NCBI RefSeq assembly: GCF_009914755.1
Contig: NC_060947.1
From: the human T2T-CHM13v2.0 reference genome, Homo sapiens
DNA: 64,000 nucleotides
Reading direction: 5' to 3' (one strand)
The translations under genes were made by a program, and so were the position numbers. The notes below the pieces were generated by a model that searched no databases, had not been told where the DNA came from, and worked only from the letters and a program-made list of their open reading frames with translations. The stretch's first letter is position 1. The number at the start of each line of letters is the position of its first letter. Below, in pieces: positions 1-13,283 of this stretch.

Positions 1-920
1 TCCCAAGCCTCAGTTTCCTCATTTATATGATGAAGGGGTTAGATCATCTCTAGGGGCCCTTTCAGCTTTGGTATTCTAGGTTCCTGTGGTTTTATATCTA
101 GAGACATAAACATGTAGAAACATTGTGTTCTTGAGATTTTTAAAGAAGTGATAGAGACAAAGATGAGGGGGAGAATTATTGGGAGTAGTGACGAGTTCAA
201 CCCTTAGGAATTCAAAGTGAAAGAGAAAAGAGTTACAGAATTCCCATAGGCTCTTCTAGGCAGGGAGTAAGGAAGCAGGTGTATGAGAGTTAATGACCTG
301 ACCTCGATCAGTTTCAGTGAAGACAAGAGATGATTGTTGGAGTGGGATATTTACCTCTCTCCCCTCCTCTCACCCACAGACATGGGAGACTCCTACAACT
401 CATAGCCCTGGGGCCACTTGTGCCCTACTGAACATTTATAGACTAGGACCATGGACTAATGAAATCTGGCTATGGCCAGGTGTTTGTTACAGAAGAAACT
501 GTGATCCATGCACCAGGGCCAATTTGAATGCAAATTTACCCACTGTAGGTCTTGGCATGAAGTAAGAAACAGATTTGTTTCAATCGAACAGTCTTTCTAT
601 TTGCAATCATACCACTGTGTGCTGTGATCCTATTAGTTATGACAAGCAAAGCAGCTCTGTGGGGCTGACTGCCTCCTTCCATGTGCACACACACATGCAA
701 CCTCCACGGAACACTCAGACTGGTATCATGGAGGCAGTAGGTGGCAGTCCTCTACTTTGTAACTCAGAAAGAGTTCAGGGATTGGAGGCTGTCTTCTGCT
801 GAAGCAAAACTGTGGTCCTGAATATTTCTTGAAAAACCACTGTCTATTTTAAGGTTGATGGAAGGAATCAGATCTGCTCTTCACCAAGAGTAGGGCAGAA
901 ACCCTAGTTAATCCGCTAAT

Positions 921-1185
921 GGGAGGCAACATAGTATGGTGGATAAGAGCATGGTTTCTGGAGACAAATTGCCTGAGTTTTCTTCCCAACTCTGCCATTT
1001 ATCAGCTGTGTGACACTGGGCAAATTATTTAACATCACTGTGCCTCAGTTTCCTCCTAATGTAAAGTGAAAGTAATAGTAGAGCCTACCTCACAGGGTTG
1101 TTGAGAAAATCAAATGAATTAATATATATAAAGAAGTTATGACAGTGCCTAGCAGAATAAGTGCTATATAATTGTTTATTAAACA
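921..1185 (+). mobile_element. MIR SINE
   Basis: MIR core-like text: ctctgccatttatcagctgtgtgacactgggcaaattatttaacatcactgtgcctcagtttcctc...gtaatagtagagcctacctcacagggttgttgag. Confidence 0.8.
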
Positions 1186-2223
1186 AAATAATCTTTATAT
1201 GTTTGGCACTGTCTAAATTATCTCAAAGTCAATATTAATTTAGCTGTTTTTCTCCTTTATTAAAAATCTGCAGCCTACTTACAGAGCACAAGTACTAATG
1301 GCCAAAATCAGTAGAGAGGGTTTTAAATAGCTTCACATTACTTTGAAATCCAAATTATAAATCCAGAAAGATGCATCTCACATAAGACACTTGTGTTAGT
1401 TAGGGTAGGATAACTTCCAGGACAAAAAGATCCAATATATACAACTGGCTCAAACACAATAGTTTACTTCTCACTCATTAGAAGCCCACATGGATGCTCC
1501 TGTTAGGCAGACAGCTGTCTTCTAAATGGAGAATTAGGGACCCAGGCTCCTTCTACCGATGGTTCCATCATCTTCAACACGTGGTTTCCCAGGTCAATAT
1601 GCTCCTCTGCAGCAGGTCAGTAAAAAGGAAAACTTTGGGACTTCTCTACATGTATGTTTTTGTGATAGGTTTAATTCATACAAATTCCCCTTCCCTTTCT
1701 CCTTGAATTCTAGTTAGGGATCAGCCATTCCAAAATAGGTCAGATGAAACAATTCCCGGCAGCACTTGTCAGTCCCATGGAGCCAGGCTTTGATGATGTG
1801 AGCCAATTCCAGCATCTCTTGGAAGCTGAGAATTTAAGCATGAACTGTTGATGTCACCCACTCTTTACTGAGTGGCAAATGGCCAAGCTCAGTAACTCCA
1901 AAAATTATCCTTTCCTGGATGAAGAGCAACAGTTTCTGATGCTTTGTGTTTCTTCTTATAAAGATTCAAAAGTAAGGCTGGAAATGAATTCAAAGCAAAG
2001 CTCTTTTCAGATCTTCACTTTGATAGATAATATGAATATAAATTGTTTAAAAGCAGAAATGAAATCTTCCAATAATGATTTTAAAATTCTCCTGGTGTGA
2101 TAAGATGTGTTTCACCATTAGGTATGCTGTGGGTTTGAGGACTGATCTAGTTTGAACATAGATCAGAGGCATGGGCACATCTGAAATGTAGAGCCTGGTT
2201 CTCATGCAAAACAGAACAATGAT

Positions 2224-2227
2224 GTGA

Positions 2228-2275
<48 letters not shown>

Positions 2276-3000
2276 ATATGTGTATGAATGTGTGTAGGTA
2301 TGTATGTTTATGTGTTTGTACATATGTATATGAGTATGTATGTATATTGTGTAGGTATATGTATAGGCATGTGCCTGTATCTGTGTATGTGTATATATGT
2401 GTATATGTATATGTGTTTATACGAGCACGTGCATCAGCATGTGTGAACATGCATTTGTGTCTGTATGTTGGCATACGTATGTGCATGTGTGTATGCCAAT
2501 GTATGCCTATGCATCTGTGTATGCATGTTTGTTGTGTGTGTGTTTGTATATACATATATACGTATGTATATTTTGGCATGTACGTATGTATATGTGTATA
2601 CGTATGTATGTATGTATATGTTAATATGTGTGTATTTGTATATGTATTTGTATATGTGTGTATTTTATGTTAGTGCATTGCATGTTTACATATGCATATG
2701 TGCATGTGTATATGTGTGTGTGCATAGGTATACATGTATTTAAATGTATTTGTAAGTTTGTATGCATGTTTCCTTGTGTATGTGTGTTTGCATACCTGTG
2801 AATATGTGTGCAAGTATATATATGTGTATATGCTGTGAATGTGTGTATATTTATAGGTTTGTGTTTGCTTGTATAAATGGATCTACATATTTTCATGTGT
2901 AAGTATGCATGTTTTCATGTGTACTCATCTGTGTATGTGTATATGTATGTGAGCATTTATGTGTATACATATGTATATATTATATATACATGCACACACA
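2224..3000. repeat. (TG)n microsatellite followed by a ~730-bp degenerate TG/TA (TGTA, TGCA) simple repeat
   Basis: Pure TG run at ~2229-2271, then near-continuous purine-pyrimidine alternation. The C/V/Y/M- and H/T-rich ORFs here are translation artefacts. Confidence 0.97.
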
Positions 3001-3169
3001 AACACATGGAACAAGTTTCAAAAACAATATTTCCATCTCCAACATTCAATGCATTCACATTTTTTTATTCATTGCTGTCTCATTAATAAAATATCCAGGT
3101 CATGACTACATATTTATCATCATCTATTAATGGGTTGCAACCACAGTGTGGAAAATACTGGTAGGATAT

Positions 3170-3430
3170 AGTAATAGCAAATGTTTGTTAAGCACTGGCT
3201 ATATGCCAAGCATTTTGCATATATTATTTCATTTAACACTCATAAAAATCTGATGAGGTAGGCACTGTTATTAGTTCCACTTTATGGATGAAACAGCAAA
3301 GTCATAAAAGGGTTGATTAACATGCCACAGCCAGAATTAACAAGTTCATCGTGGTTCCTAAGCAGAGCCAGAATTTGAAGAAAACAGTGTGGTTCCAATG
3401 CCCTAGCTCATAACCAATAGCCTACAATGT
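3170..3430 (-). mobile_element. MIR SINE
   Basis: Reverse-strand MIR text: atttaacactcataaaaatctgatgaggtaggcactgttattagttccactttatggatgaaac...cagagccagaatttgaa. Confidence 0.7.
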
Positions 3431-4154
3431 TCTGCCATCCATTTGTAAAGAGGCCTCTCTAATCCCCTTGTCTATGGTCCTTGTTAAAAGCATATTCCTC
3501 CCCCACACCTCCCTACTCTATTTTCCCACCTCCAGTGCCTGCTACAGGGGCCATAGCTGCCAGCCTCCATAACTTTGGCTACAATTACTCAAGAGAATGT
3601 GGCACTGCTTTCTGAGTCGATGGGCACAGATGTCATGGAACCAGATGCAGCTGTAAGATATAGTCATTAATCTTCAGCAAGTTTCATTACTATGATTTTT
3701 CCAGTAATAATGCTTCCCAAGTCTTTGGGCCCTAGTCAATCACAGGAATTGGGAGATGGGCCCCAGCAAATCAAATTGACTGAAATTTCCTGGCATGTCT
3801 GAATGAATTATGGGCATAAATCTATGGCTTTCATCACCTTTATGAGTCTTGTTTTGACATCTACTAAATGAAGATAACAATAACTGCAACCTTTATTAAG
3901 CCCTCCTTGCTGATTTCTGTTAATTTTCATACTTGACAACTGTCAACTGTTCTTTTTGTTCTTGTCTTTGTTGTTGTTGTTGTTTTGTTGTTGTTGTTGT
4001 GTGTGTGTGCATGATTGCTTTCTGCTTTTCATCTCCCTAACTAGATCATAAGCAACTCAAGGCCTAAATCATCCATCTCATTTCCTGATTGTTCCCCAGC
4101 CAGCTGAGGGAAGTGCTCTGCATACAAATGCTCCAGTGCAGCTGTGCCTCCTTT

Positions 4155-4248
4155 GCTCATGTACTGAGCTCCTATCCTGTGCCTGGCACTGTGCTAGAAC
4201 CTGTGGATACAGAGAGCCAAAAACACATAGCCCCTGCTATTAAGGAGC
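4155..4248 (-). mobile_element. L2 LINE 3' fragment (left flank of the HERV-L insertion)
   Basis: tactgagctcctatcctgtgcctggcactgtgctag...ggatacagagag...cccctgct...aaggagc resembles the reverse L2 3' end. Confidence 0.65.
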
Positions 4249-4691
4249 TGTGATGGTTAATACTGAGTGCCAACTTGATTGGATTGAAGGATACAAAGTA
4301 TTGATCCTGGGTGTGTCTGTGAGAGTGTTGCCAAAGGAGATTAACATTTGAGTTAACGGGCTGGGAAAGGCAGACCTACCCTTAATCTGGGTGGGCAAAA
4401 TCTAATCAGCTGCCAGCACAGCTAGAATATAAGCAAGTAGAAAAATGTGAAAAGGGAGATTGGCCTAGCTTCCCAGCCTACATCTTTCTCCCATGCTGGT
4501 TGCTTCCTGCCCTTGAACATCAGACTCCAAATTCTTCAGTGTTGGAGCTCAGACTGGTTCTCCTTGTTTCTCAACTTGCAGACAGCCTATTGTGGGACCC
4601 TGTGATCATGTGAGTTAATACTTTATATATATATATACACACATATATATATTCCATTAGTTCTGTCTCTCTAAGAACTCTGACTAATACA
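4249..4691 (+). mobile_element. MLT2A-type LTR (5' LTR of HERV-L)
   Basis: Starts TGTGATGGTTAATACTGAGTG.CAACTTGATTGGATTGAAGG and ends CTGACTAATACA; followed directly by the HERV-L PBS-like gattttggtaccaggagtggttctag. Confidence 0.93.
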
Positions 4692-5820
4692 GATTTTGGT
4701 ACCAGGAGTGGTTCTAGACGAACAGAATATTAAGGATGGTTTTAGGGTTTCTGGAGTTGGTTGCTTAATATGATTATACCCCAAAATGCAAAGGACTCTA
4801 CTTCTCATAGTATGGAAAATACTGATAGTCCTTGGTGTGAACTGTTTAGAGAGTTATGCAAAATAAATGCATTTGACACTCCTGATTCATCGCTCATGAG
4901 AGGCAAGGAGTTTACTGACTCTTTTCATAATACCTTTGACCACATGTGTTCAGTGGACAACATGATGAAAGAAAATGATGAACTCAGGGATTTTATCTCC
5001 CGGCTTTAGAAGCAGATACTGAGCCTCACATCTGCTAAGATTGCCCTGAGTGAGAGTCTTATCTCCTGTAGAGAAAGCACTGAAGTTGTGGAAAAGCAGA
5101 CACAAGCTCTTATCATGCGAGTGGCTGACCTGCAACGAAAGGTGCATGCACAGCCTTGCCAGGTGCCTACTGTTAAAGTGAGGGCATTGATTGGAAAAGA
5201 ATGGGACCATGCAACTTGGAATGGGGATGTCTGGGAGGACTCTGATGAAGCTGGGGATGCTGAGTTTGTAAACTCTGATGAAACTTTTTTTTGCCGGAAG
5301 AAGCAGCTTCCCCATCCCCAGTAGTAGTAACACCCCCTCCCCGACCCATGCTGCCATCAGCTTTTCCACCTTTGTCTGAGGAGATAAACCCTGCGCTGCC
5401 TGAGGCAACAGTGATAGTGTACCCTGAGGCAGTTGCCAGGCAAAATAATGTTGATTCTCCTCAGGAGCCACCCTCAACACCCCTGTTTACTTCTAGACCT
5501 ATAACTAGACTAAAGTCCAGGTGGGCCCCTAGAGGAGAGGTTGAGAGTGTGACCCATGAGGAGGCGCACTACACTAGAAAAGAACTGCTTCAGTTTTCTA
5601 ATTTATATAAACAGAAATCTAGAGAACAGGTATGAGACTGGATATTAAGCATGAGGGATAATGATGGAAGAAACACAGAGTTGGATCAGGCTGAATTTAT
5701 TAATTTGGGCCCACTAAGTAGGGACTTTGCATTTAATGTTGCAGCTCGGGGAGTTAAAAAAGGTTCTAATAGTTCATTTGCTTGGTTAGCTGAAATGTGG
5801 ATTAAAAGATGGCCCATTGT

Positions 5821-6194
5821 TGGTACATATACACCATGGAATACTATGCAGCCATAAAAAATGATGAGTTCATGTCCTTTGTGGGGACATGGATGAAGCT
5901 GGAAACCATCATTCTCAGCAAACTATCACAAGGACAAAAAACCAAACACTGCATGTTCTCACTCATAGGTGGGAATTGAACAGAGAGAACACTTGGACAC
6001 AGGAAGGGGAACATCACACACTGGGGCCTGTTGTGGGGTCAGGGGAGGGGAGAGGGATAGCATTAGGAGATATACCTAATGTAAATGACGAGTTAATGGG
6101 TGTAGCACACCAACATGGCACATGTATACATATGTAACAAACCTGCACATTTTGCACATGTACCCTAGAACTTAAAGTATAATAATAATAAAAA
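5821..6194 (+). mobile_element. 5'-truncated L1PA (3' ~370 bp) inserted in HERV-L gag
   Basis: L1PA 3' UTR plus A-tail; 17-bp TSD AAAAGATGGCCCATTGT at 5804-5820 and 6195-6211; TT/AAAA endonuclease site. Confidence 0.97.
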
Positions 6195-7229
6195 AAAAGA
6201 TGGCCCATTGTGAGTGAGCTGGAAATGCCTGATCTCCCTTGGTTTAACGTAGAGGAAGGGATCCAAAGGCTTATAGAGATTGGGATTGTGGAGTGGATCA
6301 GTCACTTTAGATCTACTCATCCAGCTGAGGGATCCAGAAGTTACACCCTTGACCAATACCTTGTGAAACAGATTTGTGAGGGCAGCACCTGCATCTTTGA
6401 AGAGCCCTGTAATTGCTCTTCTCTGTATGTCAGATCTAACAGTGGGAACCACAGTCACTCAACTACAAAATTTAAATACAATGGGAATAATTGGATCCTG
6501 AGGTGGCAGGGGCCAAGTGACGGCACTCAACTGTCAAAGGCAAGGTGGCCATAGCAACCGTAATGGACAGCAGAGACAAAGCAGCAATCAGAATAGTTTG
6601 ACTCATGTAGAGGTCTGGCATTGGCTAATTAATCACAGTGTTCCTAGAAGTGAAATTGATAGGAAGCCTACTGCATTTCTACTTAATTTATACAAGCAGA
6701 AAACTTCTAGGTTGAATGGATACATGACTAATTTTAATTATAAAAACAGAGAATCACGGCCCCTCAATCAATTTCCAGACTTGACCCACTTTACAGACCC
6801 AGAACCCCTTGAATGAAGGGGAGGCTGGGTCCCCTTGAGGAAGGACCTCACTACACTACTGACAATTTATGCAGTGAATCTTTCTCCCATCCTTCCCCAA
6901 GGAGACTACTGGCCTTTTACCAAGGTAACTGTGCATTGGGGAAAGGGATATGATCAGACATTTTGGGGACTACTGGTCACTGGCTCTTTGCTGACGTTGA
7001 TTCCAGGGGACCCAAAACATCATGTGGTCCTCCAGTTAAAGTAGGGGCTATGGAGATCAGGTAATTAATGAAGTTTTAGCTCAGGTCTGACTTATAGTGG
7101 GTCCAGTGTGTCCCCAGACTCATTCTGTGGTCATTTCCCCAGTGCCAGAATGCATAATTGGCATAGACATACTTAGCAGCTGGTAGAACCCCCATATTGG
7201 CTCCTTGACTGGTAGGGTGAGGGCTAATT

Positions 7230-7938
7230 ATGGTGAGAAAAGCCAAATGGAAGCCATTACAGCTGCCTCTACCTAGAAAAATAGTAAATCAAAAACAGCA
7301 TCGCATCCCTGGAGGGACTGTGGAGATTAGTGCCATCACCAAGGACTTGAAAGACGCAGGGGTGGTGATTCCCACCACATCCCCGTTCAACTCTCCCATT
7401 TGGTCTGTGCAGAAGACAGATGGATGTTGGAGAATGACAGTGGATTATTGTAAGCTTACCCAAGTGATGACTCCAATTGCAGCTGTTGTACCAGATGTGG
7501 TTTCATTGCTTAAGCAAATTAACACATATCCTGGTACCTGGTATGCAGCCATTGACTTAGCAAATGCCTTTTTTTTTCATTTCTGTCCATAAGGCCTACC
7601 AGAAGCAATTTGCCTTCAGCTGGAAAGGCCAGCAATATACTTTTACTGTCCTACCTCAGGGGTATATTAACTCTCCGGCTCTGTGTCATAATCTTATTAA
7701 GAGAGACCTTGATCACTTTTTGCTTCTGCAAGATATCACACTGGTCCATTACATTGATGACATTATGCTGACTGGATCCAGTGAGCAAGAAATACCAAAC
7801 ACACTGGACTTATCAGTGAGACATTTGCATGCCAGAGGATGGGAAATAAATCTGACTAAAATTCAGAGACCTTCTACCTCAGTAAAATTTCTAGGAGTCC
7901 AGTGGTGTGGGGCCTGTCGAGATATTCCTCTAAGGTGA
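7230..7938 (+). pseudogene. HERV-L reverse transcriptase domain, frameshifted at the T-run near 7570
   Basis: ORFs 7230-7592 and 7564-7938 join into a retroviral RT with a YIDD catalytic motif. Confidence 0.9.
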
Positions 7939-10665
7939 AGGATAAGTTGCTGCATTTGGCCCCTCCTACAACCAAGAAAGAGGCCCAACACCTAGTGGGC
8001 CTATTTGGATTTTGGAGGGAACACATTCCTCATTTGGGTGTGTTACTCCAGCCCATGTATCAAGTGACCCGAAAGGCTGCCAGTTTTGAGTGGGGTCTGG
8101 AACAGGAGAAGGCTCTGCAACAGGTCCAGGCTGCTGTGCAAGCTGCTCTGCCATTTGGGCCATATGACTCGGCAGATCCAACGGTGCTTGAGATGTCAGT
8201 GGCAGATAGGGTTGCTGTTTGGAGCCTTTGGCAGGCCCCCATAGGTGAATCACAATGGAGGCCTCTAGGACTTTGGAGCAAGGCCCTTCCATTTTCTGCA
8301 GATAACTACTCTCCTTTTGAGAGACGGCTCTTGGCCTGTTACTGGGCTTTGATGGAAACTGAAGGTTTGACTATGGGTCATCAAGTCACCATGCAACCTG
8401 AACTGCCTATCATGAACTGGGTGCTTTCTGACCCATCTAGACATAAAGTGGGTCATGCACAACAGCATTCCATCATCAAATTGAAGTGGTATATATGTGA
8501 TCAGGCTCGAGCAGTTCCTGAAGGCACTTGTTTAACTAAACAAGGAAGTGGCTCAAATGCCCATGGTCTCCACTCCTGCCACCCCGCCTTCTCTCTCCCA
8601 GCCTACACCAATGGCCTCATGGAGAGTTCCTTATGATCAGTTGACAGAGGAAGAGAAGACTAGGGCCTGGTTCACAGATGGTTCTGCATGATATGCAGGC
8701 ACCACCCGAAAGTGGACAGCTGCAGCACTACAATCCCTTTCTGGGATATCCCTGAAGGATAGCGGTGAAGGGAAATCTTCCCAGTGGACAGAACTTCAAG
8801 CAGTGCACCTGGTTGTGCACTTTGCATGGAAGGAGAAATGGCCAGGTGTGCGATTATATACTGATTAATGGGCATAGCCAATGGTTTGGCTGGATGGTCA
8901 GGAACTTGGAAGAAGCATGATTGGAAAACTGGTGACAACGAAATCTGGGGAAGAGGTATATGGATGGACTGCTCTGAGTGGTCAAAAACTGTGAAGATAT
9001 TTGTATCCCATGTGAGTGCTCACCAACGAGTGATGTCAGCAGAGGAGGATTTTAATAATCAAGTGGACAGGATGACCCGTTCTGTGGACACCACTCAGCC
9101 TCTTTCCTCAGCCACCCCTGTCATCGCCCAATAGGCCCATGAACCAAGTGGCCATGGTGGCAGGGATGGAGGTTACGCATGGGCTCAGGAACATGAACTT
9201 TCATTCACCAAGGCTGACCTGGCTACGGGCATTGTTGAGTGCCCAATTTGCCAGCAGCAGAGACCAACACTGAGCCCTCGATACGGCACCATTCCTCAGG
9301 GTGATCAGCCAGCTACCTGGTAGCAGGTTGACTATATCAGAGCTCTTTCATCATGGAAAGGGCAGACATTTATCCTCACTGGAATAAACACTTACTCCAT
9401 ATATGGGTTTGCCTATCCTGCACACAATGCTTCTGCCAAGATTACCATCCGTGGACTCACAGAATGCCTTATCCACCATCATGGTATTCCACACAGCATG
9501 TCTCTGACTAAGGCACTCACTTTACGGCCAAAGATGTGTGAAAGTGAGCCCATGCTCATGGAATTCACTGGTCTTACCATGTTCACCATCATTCTAAAGC
9601 AGCTGGACTGACAGAATGGTGGAATGGCCTTTTGAAGTCATAATTACAATGTCAACTAGGTGACAATACTTTGCAGGGCTAGGGCAAAGTTCTCCAGAAA
9701 CCATGTATGCTCTGAATCAGCATCCAATATATGGTACTGTTTCTCCCATAGCCAGAATTCACAGGCCCAGGAATCAAGGGGTGGAAGTGGAAGTGGCACC
9801 ACTCACCATCACCCGTAGTGATACACTAGCAAAATTTTTGCTTCCTGTTCCCACGACATTCCGTTCTGCTAACCTAGAAGTCTTACTTCTAGAGGGAGGA
9901 ACACTGCCACCAGGAGACCCAACAACAATTCCATTAAACTGGAAGTTAAGATTGCCACGTGGACACTTTGGGCTCCCCCTACCTTTAAGTCAACAAGCTA
10001 AGAAGGGAGTTTCAGTGTTGGCTGGGGTGACTGACCTGGACTATCAAGATGAATTCAGTCTACTACTCCACAACAGAGGTAAGGAAGAGTATGCATGGAA
10101 TACAGGAGATCCATTAGGGCATCTCTTCCTCTGTGATTAAGGTCAATGGGAAACTGTAACAGCCCAATACAGGCAGGACTACAAATGACCCAGACCCTTC
10201 AGGAATGAAGGTTTGGGTCACTCCACTAGGAGAAAAACCACAACCTGCTGAGGTGCTTGCTGAAGGTAAAGGGAATACAGAATGAGTAGTAGAAGAAGGT
10301 ACTCATCAATACCAGCTATGACCATGTGACCAGCTGCAGAAACGAGGACTGTAATTGTCATGAGTATTTCCTCCATCTTTTGCTAAAACCATGTTTGTGC
10401 ATGCATACACTTGTACTAAGAAGATATCTTCATTTTATTTTCTTTCTCCTTTATCATGTGACATAAGATTTATTGACTTCACATCAGTATTTAAGTATTG
10501 TTAACTTTATGTATAGTATTTGGGTTGGGGATTGGTGGATTTCCGGTTATATGAAGGATAGTTGTATTATGTTAGGCATAATTATGGCCTTCTTATTGTC
10601 CTTATTTGAAGATTATGTATGATCTCAGGGGATGTGTATGGGTTCAAGGTGACAAGCAGTGCACT

Positions 10666-10785
10666 CCTGAGGCAGGAGAATCACTTGAACCTGCAAGGCA
10701 AAGGTTGCAGTGAGCCAAGATTGTGCCCTTGCACTCTGGGCAACAGAGCAAGACTCTGTCTCAAAAAAAAAAAAAAAAAAAAAAA
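10666..10785 (+). mobile_element. Alu right-arm fragment with A23 tail, no TSD
   Basis: ctgaggcaggagaatcacttgaacc...gttgcagtgagccaagat...gggcaacagagcaagactctgtctc-A23. Confidence 0.95.
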
Positions 10786-10789
10786 GCGG

Positions 10790-10960
10790 TTGGAAACTTC
10801 TAAGAAGGAGGGTGACATGACCTGATTTACATTTATAAAGGATCATTCAGGCTGCTATTGTAGAAAAAAAATGGATTGTAGGCACAAGAGTGACCATGTA
10901 GACTGACCAGAGAGACGACCAGTTAGGAGGCTATTGGCTGTGGTCCAGGTTAGAGGTTAT
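10790..10960 (-). mobile_element. L2 LINE fragment
   Basis: gtgacatgacctgatttacattt..aaaggatcattcaggctgct...gagacgaccagttaggaggctattg..gtggtccagg resembles reverse L2. Confidence 0.7.
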
Positions 10961-12439
10961 ATGTACAAAAATTGTATGAGTATATACAACATACATACAT
11001 GTAATCACATTCTGTATATGTTTTCAAGATGGGGACAATTTGGTTTTCTTTGTGAGAGTAAGAATTGAAGAAAAGAGACATATGCCATCCCAAAAGAACA
11101 TAATATCACTGAACTTTGAGTGAATCATGGCAATTAACCATCAGACTAAACAATTCTGAAGTGGTTTAGAAAGAAAGTCCTGAAACAAACAGGCTTGAGG
11201 AGGGGATATTAAGATAGAGGTATGATCATGTTCTACAATGATATTTGATGATGCTGAGGATGATGGTGATAATGATGATAATGGATAGAGTTTGTAAATA
11301 GTGAAGTAATGATCTGGCAGTGGCTTACTGGAAAAAGCTACCCCTCATGTGAGAAAATGAAGAACATGAAGAATATGGTGAATACTCTCAATCCTGCCCA
11401 AACCTCAATTACTAAGAGTAAGATCATACCCATTCTCATTATTTTTTAAGCATGGAGCCATAGAGCTGGTAAGTCTTCTTACAGTGTAGGACAGCTAAAA
11501 TTAACAACAACAACAAAATTCTTGTTTTTAAGCTTCTTACACTTCCTAGCATGTGTGGTATTGTACTGCTGCCAGTTCAAAGATTTTGATATTTAGCAAT
11601 TGCCTTTAGATTTGAAAGGTTCATTCATCAAAGAAGGTTTAATCCCAGCTGTGAGCCAACACTAAATTGAGTATTGTATAACATGCTTTATACGCTTAAA
11701 CAAGCACATGAGATCCTGGTCCCAAGATTAAAGATGAAGATGCAGGGCTAGCTGTGTATTCAAGAGCCCTGGGCAAGGCTAATTATGGCCTATTTTCACC
11801 TGGTCAGAAAGAGAAACATTTTGCTGGATTCAGGGTTCTAAGGACACAGGACAAAGAAAACAAAGAGCTCCACACTGGCTCTTTGAATATCTTGAAATCA
11901 TTATCTTAACAAAAATTATTTAGTGGACTTGAGCTTGGTGAATGGCACATACTGATGGGATTGGGGCAATTCCCTTCAGAGGGGTCATGCCCAAGCCCAA
12001 TAGCACACTTAATTTACCAAGCCACTAGCAAACATCAGTAGAAGAATAAGGAAGACAGGAAGAAAAACTTGCAGCAGCAAAAAAAAAAAAAAAATGCTTT
12101 TAAAGTGTGTAATATATGTTGTATAATGTTCATTTTAGCATTGGCTCACAGCTGAGATAAAACCTTGACTAATGAATGAATCTTCTTTCTTAACTTTCTA
12201 TGGATGCTTGCCCCATTGTCAAAAGTCTGTATGTTGGGGAACTGCTCTTTGAAAATATGGAAAAGTGGGTTGGTACTTGAAAGTAAAGCATGTATTCTTA
12301 ACAGAACCTAAAGAATTCTCAAATTGTCAGCACCCTCAGCCATTGAAAATGAGAACACCTTCCTCTGAAAAGGTTGACCTTCTATCAGAAAATCCACCAC
12401 CTGGCTGATGTCAATATGATGGTAGAGATGATAGAAAGC

Positions 12440-12900
12440 AGTAAGTTGCATGGGAAAAAGAGCACAGGTTCTTAAGGCACAGAAATCTGGGCTCTGATTC
12501 TGGCTCATTTAATAATTATTAGCAATATAACTTTACCTTTTCTGAGCCTGTTTTCTCACCTGTAAAATGGTAAAGACACAACAATTATAGGATTGTTCAA
12601 AGATTACAGGAGATATACATGTAATACGTTTAGTGTGTAATAATCATAAAAGTTAGTATTTATTACACACCAAATGTATTGATTCATCTATGCATTCATT
12701 CATTCAAATATTTGAGTGCTACATAAGGGCCAGATACTCTTATTGGTGCTGGAGATGTACCAGTGGACAATTTTTCATAGTTACATTATTTGATTTAATT
12801 ATCAGAATAATCCTGTGTGGTAGGTATTTATTATCCCCATTCTACAGAGAAGGAAAGAGGCTTAACGATCTTAAGTAACTTTAAATCACTTCAAAACAGT
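12440..12900. mobile_element. Cluster of MIR (+), L2 tail and MIR (-) fragments
   Basis: tctgagcctgttttctcacctgtaaaatgg; cattcattcattcaaatatttgagtgct; gtaggtatttattatccccattctacagagaagg. Confidence 0.6.
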
Positions 12901-13283
12901 TTTCACCAGTGTTTATGGACAATCAAATGTGTGCTGGTCACAGAGCAAGTAATGGCAGGACAGAGATTCCCACCGATCTCATCCTGACTCCAATACCATA
13001 TCCTTCCCACTGTATACCACTTCAGTAACTGCTGCTTTTCCTTCCCTTCTCCACAGTAGCTTTGCATATTTGGATAATATGATTGAAAAAGCAAACAAAT
13101 GCCATGTTGAGGGTGTGGACCATGTATCAGATCCTGCTCAAAGGAGGTGCTGGTTGCAGGGCACTGTGTGCTAATGACAGAGTCCCTTGGGGCAATACTG
13201 TGTTCTTCTCTGAACCTTTCCATTAGTGAGATCGTTCACAAACGGTAACCGGTACTGACACAGGTGACCAGAATGGTGGGGTA

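Larger units (their letters stand above)
4692..10665 (+). mobile_element. HERV-L internal region (gag, pro, pol RT/RNaseH/IN, dUTPase; no env), disrupted by stops and frameshifts
   Basis: Gag fragments 4761-6816; protease-like region ~6835-7230; RT 7230-7938 ([24 protein letters not shown]); tether/RNaseH ~7902-9134; integrase ~9134-9800; dUTPase-like 9703-10140 (TTIPLNWKLRLP..HFG, AGVTDLDY). Confidence 0.95.

Noticed and set aside
2047-3130. Eight overlapping ORFs up to 149 aa rich in C/V/Y/M or H/T
   Set aside because: Translations of a TG/TA simple repeat that happens to lack stops; not genes.
4761-10140. HERV-L gag/pol/dUTPase ORFs as a domesticated gene
   Set aside because: Many stops and frameshifts plus an L1 insertion in gag; no long preserved frame.
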